Under the pieces are notes generated by a model. The model was not told the origin of the DNA, made no database searches, and saw nothing but the letters and a program-made list of their open reading frames with translations. Below are positions 53,671 to 64,000 of a stretch of DNA of 64,000 nucleotides, piece after piece (position 1 is the stretch's first letter; each line of letters starts with the position of its first letter). The stretch is taken from the NCBI RefSeq assembly GCF_036321535.1, contig NC_087438.1, positions 4,838,001 to 4,902,000 on the forward strand. Direction: 5' to 3'. Both the position numbers and the translations under genes were made by a program. Source of the DNA: Camelus dromedarius. Taxonomy: Eukaryota.

Positions 53671-55431
53671 AAAATTAAGCATCTCTGACCTGGTTCTTTC
53701 CCCCCACTTTACAGATGAGAATTTCAGTTTCAAAGCAATGAAGTTAAAGGCATCATCTGTTAGTGGAAGAAGCTGTATTGAAACCTAGATTTCCTGACTT
53801 CCACAAAAATGTTCCTCCCACCTTCCCAGACAGTCAGAAAACTCACATATGTCTATTTTTTTTTTACATTTATTTTGTGCAACAGGCTGGAACTGATTGT
53901 TAATTCTTTTTTTTTTTTAATCGAGTAGAACTTTGTTCCCAGAGACAGAGTGAGGAGGAGAGCAGGATCAGGCAAAATCTATTCTCACTTTCTTGCCAAA
54001 ATAATTAGGAGACACCAAGTACATTTTATTTTTCCCCAGTTTTCAGCTTCTGCCCAACACTTGTAAAATCAGGCAGGACTTGCAGGAAGAGAGTGTTGCT
54101 AAAAGTTGTCTCTCTTCATCATGGAGCCTGTGACAATAAAAATAACTTCGACCATGCTGGCCACACAGCATCCCAACAGTGTGCCCAGGAGTGAGCCCAC
54201 GTTGTTCTGCGTTGGAGCACCTCATTTGGTAAGCTCTGCCACAAAGCTCCTAGCCTCCCTTAGGAGGGACAAAGGGCCATGGATTCCAGAGAGACTGTTC
54301 AAAGATTCAGCTTCATCTCTGCTAGAGTTCCCAACAGGAAAGCTAACCTGCACTTTTAAGGGTATCTAAGCTACTTTGAAATAAGCCACAGGGACAGATT
54401 GCACAGCAATCCTGCCGAAGCTGAGTCAGGGGAAGCCTCAAGGGTCTGTCATGTTTATTGTTCCTTTACACGATATCTACAGTACAGCGTTCAGCTTGGG
54501 GAGCATACGCCACAGCTAGACAGTGTGTGTGTTTCTGGCCAGTCACTCGCTCAGCCAGTCACTAGTCACTAATTCACCTAAACTAATCTTACCTCCAGTC
54601 CTCTGCCTGTGAAGTCCGGGTGGTGACACCAGCACTCCGTAGTTCTGCCTTATAAAGTCAGCGAGTGATATTTAGTGGTCTTGTGTATGTACCTGCTTAA
54701 ATTCCACCTTGTTTCAATGTAAAATCATGATGCAACAGGTGAAAGTAATCAAATGAAGAAACTGGGCCGTAGGAAAAACAAGGCGAAGAGAGTAAGGTTC
54801 AGCTTCCCGCAGTAAATGCCTTCAGGGCCCTCCACAGTGAGCCCGCAGAATCTCCGCGCTGTCTAACTTTCATGATGGAAAAACTCTACCCTTATAAACT
54901 AACTGAATGTAGAATGAAAGTTTTCTCACTGTCCTGAATTTTGGTCAAAGACAGGCATGGGGACATCCTCCAAAGAACAGAAGAATGGTCCAGAGATGGC
55001 CAACCTGTTCTCATGACCTCCATCCTCAATAGCCATCTCAGGGAAGACCAAGGCTAAGAGGAAAGAATTTTTCTAAAGTTGTAGAGAAGCAGCAGCCGTT
55101 TCCTCACCTGCCAAACTGCACCTCCAGCCTAGAGAGAGATGGGGAGGGGTGCTTGCAAAAAGGGAGGATGGCACCTCAACCCAGCTGCATGCTTGCTGAA
55201 CCATGGGTTCTCAGAGCCCGTCCTATTCAAATGCAGCACAAGGAAACAAGCGAAGAGCTGAACTTGTGCCCACTCCCCATTTTGGAGGCAGAAGCTGATG
55301 CCTGACCCTCATCTGGTCAAGTCTGAATGTGGGAAGCTGGCGGTGCGACCAGGATGGACAGCCAAGCCAAGAGGGCTACAAGGCACTTTGGCTATGCCTT
55401 GGGAAGGTAGGCAGCCAGAGGACCATGAAAG

Positions 55432-56167
55432 TGTTGCCAAAATATGGCCTCCATGCCCCATTTACTGAATTGAGACTTGAGGACAGAGTTTTGGATGAAG
55501 TAGGAAAAGCAGCTTTATTTCTATGCCAGGCAAAGGAGGTCACAGTGAGCTAATGCATCTAAGACTGTGAGCCTGATGGGCAGAGAAGGCGGGGGAGTTT
55601 TATAGTAAAAGTTCAAGAGTTCAAGGGGCCGAGCTAATTTCCATAGAGACTGCATACAGGGGAGCAAATTGTTACAAAGTTGTTCTTGTGTTGCTGGCGC
55701 AGTGGTCCCCTTCCCTCTGCTGGGTATGAAGTTCATCTCTGGCTTTGGGACTCTTTCAATATTCTTGTGCCCAGAACAGAGGATGCTTAGGAAAAGAGCT
55801 CGAGAGAAGAACTTGTGCAGTTTAAGATCAGGTTGATAAATGCTTCTAGCCTTTTAAGCAGGCTGAGGTCTAAGGCCTCCTGCTGCAAGCTGAGGCCTGC
55901 AGCTCGAATAACAGGATACAAGGAAACCACAAGGGGGCAAGAGGAGGGCACTTGGGTCAGGAGCAGGGCACTGAGCATGATCCCTGCACACAGCACCAGC
56001 ACCACAAGGGGGCTGGGCAGACCACCCATGCCTCCCTCCTCTCCAGCCCAGCCCTGGTCGGCAAAAGCATGAGGAAACCCTTTAAACCATCATACAGTTA
56101 AACAGTTACAAACAGCATTACAGACATCAGATGGTCACTAATGACAACAGGGTCCTGCTCAGTTACA
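55432..56167 (-). mobile_element. Complete ERV1-like solo LTR
   Basis: TG...CA termini, perfect 4-bp TSD aaag (55428-55431 and 56168-56171), and minus-strand AATAAA near 55514. Confidence 0.85.
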
Positions 56168-57780
56168 AAAGGACCCAGCCCACTCTCCCGGTAGTGGGGA
56201 GATGTCACCTAAATCAGGAGCCTGTCCAGGGCTGGGATTCCCAGGGGGTGTCTCCACACAACCACACAAGCTCCCAGAGAGAAAAAGTCCTTTTGGAGCT
56301 AAGAGAAGATATTTTTTAAATTGCACCAGCTGAATCCAAATATGTTTTTCCTTCAGTCCTTTCTCCTCTTATTCCAGACCCCAAAGGCGGGAACAAGCAG
56401 GGAAGGAGATGGAGCAAGGAAAATTCTAGAAACACTAAACTCCCTCCCTTCTCCTGATCTGGACAATCCCCACCTCACCCCACCCTCTTGCTAAAATGAG
56501 GAACTCAGATTTTGCCTGGATTTCTTCAACTGTGTAATGTCCAACAAGACTGTTCTCACACCTGAGGAGAACTGGAAGTCTTTGGAAGCCACCCCAGTTA
56601 CCCTCAGAAGAGCACAAGGGGGCTGACCCAGCCTGTCTGGAGACACAGTCAGGAAAAATGTATGTGTTTTCAGGATTGCAGCCTGTGAAGTTCCATAAAA
56701 CAGTGGCGTAGATTTGTACAAATGACCCAGTTCCTCAGAACAGAACTTTCCTGTCCTGACCCCAAGAGAAATGTTCCCATTTCATGCCAAGAGGAGTGGT
56801 AGCATTCCCGCTTTGTAGCTTTTTGTCCCGTCCAGGCCTGGGAAAGAAATTGCAGGAAATTTCTGTGGCCACACTTGAATATTTTTAGTTGATCATGCAT
56901 CAAGAACCAGTTATTATTTTATAATATACTTGGAAAACCCAAAATGTTCTTGATTTTCTTTTCTCCCATATAGAACAAACACTTAAAAATTCCCATTTTT
57001 ATGGAATAAGACCTTCTAATTTTTAATAATTCATACTGGAGCCATTGTCCTCAGAAGATGCTTTATATTCTTCATCACTAATTATCACAGGAAATCATCC
57101 AGAAAGACTCAGAGAGGTTGCGTGGCTTGTGCTGAACCACACAGTGAGAAGATGGTGGGCTGGAGCCCAGATCTGTATTATTCCCAAACACAAGTTCTTT
57201 CTAGTTGTTTCCCTGACTCTCTTATTCTTTCCTCATTCACTTATTCCTTCTTCCACTTGTGCTGCTATGCACAAATCTAGCATCAAATTCAGTGCTGTGG
57301 GAGATGAAAGAGGAAGATGTAAGCAGGACCCAGCTCTTGTTCTCAGGTCTTCTCACTTCCCTGGGGCAGCGGTGAGATAAGAAGCTCATGGAGAGAAGGT
57401 GGGGAATGAATGCAATTGGAATAATGTACAGTCCATACGTGGTGCAACTATAAGGAGTGAAAAGCAATGGAACAAGAAGTTTGCAGATGAGGACCTTGTA
57501 GACATCAATGTTTTAACAGCCATTGACTTTGCAGCTCTGCCTCCTTCTATCCCGAGGGAAATCCCAGCTCTTGTCAAGGGAGGTTCTGCAAAGATGCTGT
57601 TACTACTGGGGCCATTTACTCTGAACAAGTGTGGAGAGGCACTGGGCAGGGGCCATGTCTGTGTGCTGGAGGCGGGCTTTGTGATTGCTGGAAAGACATC
57701 TTTAAGTTGAAATTTTAGAAAGGCAGTAAAAATTTTGTTAAGAGTGATTTTAATCCAGTGCTGAACATAACAAACCAAAC

Positions 57781-57963
57781 TTTTTTTAACTTTTACAAAT
57801 TTTTATTTATTTGTTTATTTATTTATTTATTTGGAGGGAGCAGGTAATTAGGCTTATTTATTTATGTATGCATGTAGGTTTCTAATGGAGGTACTGGGGA
57901 TTGAACCCAGGATTTATGCATGCTAAGCAGGCACTCTGCCACTGAGTTGTACCTTCCCTCCTC
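57781..57963 (-). mobile_element. tRNA-derived SINE, camelid vic-1 type
   Basis: Antisense ggaggtactggggattgaacccagg..catgctaagcaggcactctgccactgagttgtac, with a (TTTA)n tail. Confidence 0.85.
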
Positions 57964-59287
57964 GAAAACAAACTCCTGGATGCTAACTGTGGTGTGCAGA
58001 ATAATCACCTCCACCAAAGACAGCTGCCTCCTAGTGTTGTCAGCTCAAAAAGATGACAACAAAAGCACAAACCCCAAACCCAAGTTCCAGATTGCAGAGT
58101 GCCACCCTCCCCTGTAACACAGAATTTCTCTCTTGCTGTATTTTTGTGTCGTGGTTTATGTTCCCTGCCTACATTCCTCCCCCTTCTCAAACAAAGCATG
58201 AGCTCTGTAAGGAAGTAACTATCTTATTCATGTTTGCACGTCGCACAAAGCTGAGGAGAGCAAACACTCAGTCAGTAAAGGCATGGAAAGTTGCACAGAA
58301 ACAGCAGATTGCGAGAGTTTACAAGCCGGCAGGGAACTAGGTTTTGGAAAGAGTTGACTTTGCACAAATCTAGACCTACTTATGCTCTTTTATTGGAATA
58401 ACTGAAACTCCTTGAAAATAAACTAAAAACTACTGGAGAAACACATAAACCACTAGAAATGTTTTATATTCTTCTCCCTTCAAGCTCGCTGCCCTTCTGA
58501 AATAAAGACTGAATGGTAACAATGAAAATGTTTCATGATCCAGGTTTTGGGAGGAAGAGAAGGAAAGGTGGCAAGAAAAATAAAAGAAAGTGAGAGGAAA
58601 GGGGAAATAACAGTTGACTCCAGGGTTTGGTCATGTTTCATATCTCACTTTCTCTCAGTTGTACACACAGCCTCCCTTTAAATAAGCACCATTCATACTG
58701 TAGAGATGAAAACATAGGTTCAGAGAGGTTGATTCTCCTGCCCAAAGGCACACAGTTGTTGTGACCAAGCCAACAGGGAAATGTCAGTTAGCCCTGCTCT
58801 AGTTTCCATCACACCATGGATTTTGCACGTCATGTGGAATCATCTCCCTGATATGTGGATATTTTGAAATACAAAGATGTGTGTAGGAAAGCTCCCCTGA
58901 ATGAGCTTCCACTGCTCATCTGAATGGTCATTCGTGTGGCCTTCTGCGGAGCCCTGCTGCACTTCACCCCTTGCACGGGCTGTATTCATTCTTGGATTCA
59001 TCCGTTTGGTGACTGTATCTTGAGTGCGTGGTGCTGGGGCTTGGAGGGCAGCAGTGAACAAGACGACTCAAGCCCGAGGTGTCCCTGGTTTAAGCAGCCT
59101 CAGACTGATGTCAGTCCTGGACAGCAATGGTCAAAGTGGAGTCTTCAGTGTCATCGTGCTTGTTTACTGACACATCATTTAGCAAAGACTTGACTTCCCT
59201 GCCTTGAAGTTTGGTCAAGATCTTTCTTATTATTTGTTCTTTTGCAGTGAATTATCCAGAAAGCAGCTACCTTCATGGCATGATTGT

Positions 59288-59585
59288 TTAAAAACCATTT
59301 TATTGAGATAATTGATGTGCAAAAAGCTGTATGTATATAATAATTGATAATTGATGTGTAAAAAGCTTAATGTATACAGCTTGATGAGTTTGGGGTGGGT
59401 ATAAACCCATGAAGCCATAACCACTATCGAGGTCATAAAGAGATCCATCACCTCCCCAAGTTTCTTCCCACCCCTTCTAGTTTAATATTGTGTGTGTGCA
59501 CTAAGACATATAAGATCCACCTTCTCAGCAAATTTTAAGTATACAATATAGTACCGTGATCTCTGGGCACTATGCTACATAGCAG
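59288..59585 (-). mobile_element. L1 3' end fragment
   Basis: tttattgagataattgatgtgcaaaaagctg..cttctcagcaaattttaagtatacaat. Confidence 0.8.
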
Positions 59586-60999
59586 ATAGTCAAAGAATAT
59601 AGAGCTTTAAGTATGCACTATAACTAACTTCTGGACATCTACACAGCATCTTGTGATTTTTCATATGATAGTAAAAGCTATTTCCAAGCACATCTTTTCT
59701 CTCTCTTATTTCATCATCTAAGAATCACAGTGGCAGAGATATGACCACCAGACACTAATTCCACTGAATTATGTGATTCCTCCTTCCATGCTCTTAAAAT
59801 ACAAGTTCTGGGATGATTAGCCTATTAAATTACCAATACATCAGCATGTGTTTTGTCCTACAACGTTCAATTTATAGCAGCCAGTGTCAAAGGAGCCTGA
59901 ACACATCAGTTGCTTAAGAACAAAAAGGGAAAATAGAAAGAAATATAGCCCAAAAGTTAGGGTCCATTTGCTTCCCAACTGTGGCAGATAGAAAGAAATC
60001 CGGGCTGAGAGAGGTCACGAGCCCGCCTTCCACACTGCATGACCACGAGAGTGAAGTTAGAGCACTTGCGTTTGACCTGTTTTTTCCCAGCTGTCAGCAC
60101 AGCCTTGTAAACACCATCACATGGGCTAATTTTCATCATTAGCCAGATGCAATGAGGCAACCCCCTTAATATTCATCATTGAATTAAAAATTAAATGGAA
60201 TCCTCCCTTTCCGCTTCATTTTTTTTATTTTACTAAGTAAGATACTGATTTTATTGATTTTCCTTTTATTGTATATAAAGTGAGAAGGAAACCATATTTG
60301 GACATCAGAAGAGGCAGAAAACACAGATGAAGCAATCATTGACTTAGGCAATGGATAACGGCATGACTATGTTTCCAGATTAAGGAGATCGGCAAGAACA
60401 CACACCCATGGAGACGTTAATTGATAAGATCAGTGAAAAACTCTGCAGGTTACAAGAAACAGTGAGCATTGAGGGCATTAGAAAGGCACTGTCATAGACT
60501 TTTCTTTGGAAAACAAACATCCATTCAGTTTTTTGAAGGAACTGATTCATCGGTCTTTCCCTGTGTTGTAATAGAGAAAGATGACCTTGAGAGAGGTCTA
60601 GAAATATTAGGTCTAATGGTATGTACTGGGGAGAGTCTTTGTCCATGGAGAAGCCACTGCAAACCTTTGTATCTTAAGATTTCTAATTAGAAATGGCAAA
60701 GCAAGAGGAATGACTTCCATTCCTTGGGACAGACTCTATGGGTGTATGTGTGTGAATACATAATTATAACACTCTATGTGTGCACAGAAAGAGTATTATT
60801 TGTCATTGTTACCATAATTATTTCAATACCTTCCGTTAACTGGTCTAAGATAAAAGATGCAGAATAACTGAAGTGCACAATTTCCCCTGAAATCATGAGA
60901 CATGTTGGTCATTTTCAGTTAGACACATGATGGTGCTAAGCAAAGAAAATTTCTAGAAAGCTGAGCAGGACTTCCTCCTTCCAGAACAGGGCCTGGGGC

Positions 61000-61292
61000 A
61001 GGAGTCACCTCCTGGTCATCTACAGGCCAGATCCTGCTTCCAAGCACTCCTTGCCCACTCCAGCTGCAGGTTTAGAACACTGTGCTAATATTTAAGTATC
61101 AGTAGGATTCTCACAAAAATCTGGGTATTTGTCTCCTCCTAAAAGTCTGGATCTGACAACAGGTGGTCTCACATTCCCCTATGGTCACCATTGGCTCAGG
61201 CCAGTTCTTTTTTTTTGGCTGTGTTTCCCAGCCTGCCCCTTGTTCATTCATTTAGCCGCCTGCCCCTGTAAGAATGTAGGTGTGTAGCCCTT
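61000..61292. mobile_element. MER102-like hAT DNA transposon
   Basis: acaaaaatctgggtattt..gatctgacaaca..cacattcccctatggtcacc..ttcattcatttag..cccctgtaag. Confidence 0.65.
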
Positions 61293-61914
61293 TGGGTAGG
61301 GACTGGACCTTAGCTCCACAAGTTCAACGTCTTCAATCAAATTCATACAAGTCTGAGCCAAGCACAGGCATCTATGTCTCAGTACGTGAAGCGCCTACAT
61401 AACAAATAACACGCCCACCTGTTCAGCTACCGTTGAGAAGTGTCCACCAAATGATTCTCGTCAAGGGCTCAGAGCATTCTCTCCCAAGCATCCACGTCTA
61501 TAAACGAATCAAGCACAAAATGTTTGGTGAGCCAAAAACTGATGCAAATAAGTGGTTAGATCATCTCAAAGACAAACTGTTATGCTATGATGTACCATCT
61601 CCCTGTAATACACAACCAGTGATTTCTGCTTCTTTGGACCATGCGTTCAGGAACTGAATTTTAAGATTTTTTTTGTATTAGCCCCAAGATTTATCAAGAT
61701 GGTTGATAAAAAGGCAGGTAGTTCACTGCCCTTCGGTTCCCCAGCTACCACCATCACCGACATACAGGCATACTTCAATCAGAGCCCCTCACTTCTTTTT
61801 CATTCTTTCTTATTTATGTTAAACAGTACAATAATAATCATGGCAAATTTTAATGAAGATGAGAAATAAAGAAAAATATTTTCAAAATAGAGACAGGGAT
61901 ATCTTAAGCAAGTT

Positions 61915-62243
61915 GAAATTTTTTAAATTAAAGTATAGTTGATTTACAGTGTTGTGTTAGTTTCAGGTGTGCAGCAAAGTGAGTCAGTTTTTTTTAGATT
62001 ATATTCCATTACAGGTTATTATAAGGTATTGAATATAATATCCTGTGCTATTTAGTAAGTCCTTGTTGCTTATCTATTTTATGCACAATAGTTTATATCT
62101 GTTAATCCCACACTCCTAATTTATCCCTCCTTGCCCCCCCCCTTTGGTAACCACACATTTGTTTTCTATGTCTGTGAGTCTGTTTTGTATAAAGCTTCAT
62201 TTGTATTATTTTTTAGATTTCAGGTAAAAGTGATATCTCATAG
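61915..62243 (-). mobile_element. L1 3' end (lineage type)
   Basis: aagtatagttgatttacagtgttgtgttagtttcaggtgtgcagcaaagtg..ctcctaatttatccctcc. Confidence 0.9.
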
Positions 62244-64000
62244 TATTTATATAAATAAATATATCAATGTCAAGGCTGTGGAGAGTAACAACAGTATAAC
62301 CTCAGAGGGAGGCTGATGCCATCTAGACATAAGCAAGGTTCGCTTTGTCATCTTTCAAATTCTGCCACATTCCACTCCTGACTTTCCTCTATGAAGTTTT
62401 CAGGATTGTAGTTCTAACCCCCTTATGTATCATTCTTTCCCAAATAGTGCATTTCGCTCTGTTTCTGTGTCAATGAATTGTCTTTTATGAAGGGAGGGCC
62501 TTTGAAAAGAAAAAAGTACTTGGGCTGTTCAAAAGATGCTCATAGAACTTCTTTTAAAGTCAAAAAATTATTCACAAAATTTTGACTAGGGGATATAGAA
62601 TGACAAACACTGCTTCCATATGGTTTTCTGTAAAACTGCTCAATACTAAAGCTCTTAAACAATTAATGCCTCTTATTCCATTTACTAAATATGTTAATTC
62701 GATATTTTACACAAAAGTTAATGGAATTCAAATACATTTTGAAAATTAGTATTAATTATGGTGGGTACATGTTCTAAAGGGTTCTCGCCCTCCAAAGTCA
62801 ATGTTTCCATTAACATAACTATTTTCATCAACCCCAAACTCATTAAAGAATGAACTATGGCATAGTTATAGGATTACATCTGAAGGATTGTTTTTTAATG
62901 AAAGCATCTTTTTATTGCCAACTTCTTAGTAAGGGAAAGCAAACTGCTTTTTGAGATCAAAATGAGAGTTTTTAACCCAAACGTATTTGGTATCCAAAAT
63001 ATGGACGAAATATAGGTGACTGAAAAGAGCAGTCCCTGAAATTTCACTAAGGAATTTCAGGTAAGAGCCAAGGAAAGCGTTGTTGAAACAGTGCCCCAAA
63101 CAGGAGGACTCGCTGGAGCTGCGGCCTTCCAGCAGCCGCATAGTTTCAACAGCGGAACTTGGAAACTGGCAGAAAAATGCAAAGTGTATCTCCAGCTGCC
63201 TTCTCTGGTTTCTTCCTGGCTGTTCACTTGGTTTATTTAACATCATTTTCTTTCTCTTCTAAACTTCTAAGGGACAGAGATGTGCAGTCATTCTGTTTTA
63301 AAAGCTGTTCTGCCTACTTTCAGCTGCTCTGCACCAGACATATATGTTCCTTGAGGCTATAGTTAGCATTTTTGCTAATATCCCAAGGGATTTAGAGAAA
63401 AGCTCCATCCATACGGATATGTAATATGCATGCTGAAAATTATTTGTTCAGCTAAGAGTTGGCGTCTAAGTAAATGATCTATATTACTGTTAGAAAAATC
63501 CAATTTATTCTCTCATTCTGTGCATTTGCACATATGGATTCTTTTAAACTTGCTTAAAGTTAGGCAAGCCTTGTGGATCTCCTTTGTGAAGCTGGTGTTT
63601 AACCGAGAAATGTTAACAAATCGAATATTGTTATTGTTATTGCTGGAATATTCAGATGGACCGAATACTTTGACTGTTTAGAAAAAGACTTACAGAAAAA
63701 TTCCCAATTTAGCTATGCTGTCATGCTATGTCAGCACCGCATGAGACACACTTGGCATAGCATTTGTTATGAGTAGGTTTCAAAATTTGAACTATTGTTT
63801 GATAAGATTTGAGAATTTTTGAATTATTTTATAGATAGGGAAAATTAAGTATGCAAAATATGTTGTGACGGCTGGAATTGAGAAAGATAATTCTATTTCA
63901 ATACTGGATCCAAACACAACATGTAAGAGACCTAGAATTACGTGTGGGTTAAGATGATGAGTTCAGTCATTAGGTTAAACTATATGAAGTACCTGCTGTT

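Noticed and set aside
57399..57710. 103-aa ORF with protein-like stretch KFADEDLVDINVL
   Set aside because: At most a faint Tigger-like echo; I could not assign a family.
60300..60690. Coding-looking purine-rich stretch (METLIDKISEKLCRLQETV)
   Set aside because: Short frames with no identifiable homolog.
62926..63246. 106-aa minus-strand ORF
   Set aside because: No recognisable protein similarity; overlapping ORFs of similar size exist on the other strand.
1..64000. Prokaryotic-type systems (CRISPR, operons) or identification of a host gene
   Set aside because: The sequence is mammalian repeat-rich DNA. I saw no arrays or recognisable coding exons.

Overview
Mammalian (cetartiodactyl, most likely camelid, judged from two vic-1-type tRNA-derived SINEs and the L1 3' ends) intergenic or intronic DNA. 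I found no recognisable intact protein-coding exon; nearly all listed ORFs are chance or repeat-derived. Much of the window is interspersed repeats: L1 fragments (two with 5' inversions), ERV1-like solo LTRs with 4-bp TSDs, MLT1 LTRs, hAT MERs, L2/MIR and microsatellites. There is also a 5'-truncated RPL23A processed pseudogene. The main finding is absent from the ORF track: a heavily decayed minus-strand coding relic at about 38.8-39.85 kb. Its three-frame translation matches bornavirus nucleoprotein in several colinear motifs with near-correct spacing, making it a candidate endogenous bornavirus-like N element (EBLN). An A-run and an acidic segment follow it and may be X/P-derived. I compared it by eye with the BoDV-1 N sequence as I recall it, so it needs a tBLASTn/HMM check. 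Repeat family names come from recalled consensus sequences, and boundaries are approximate.
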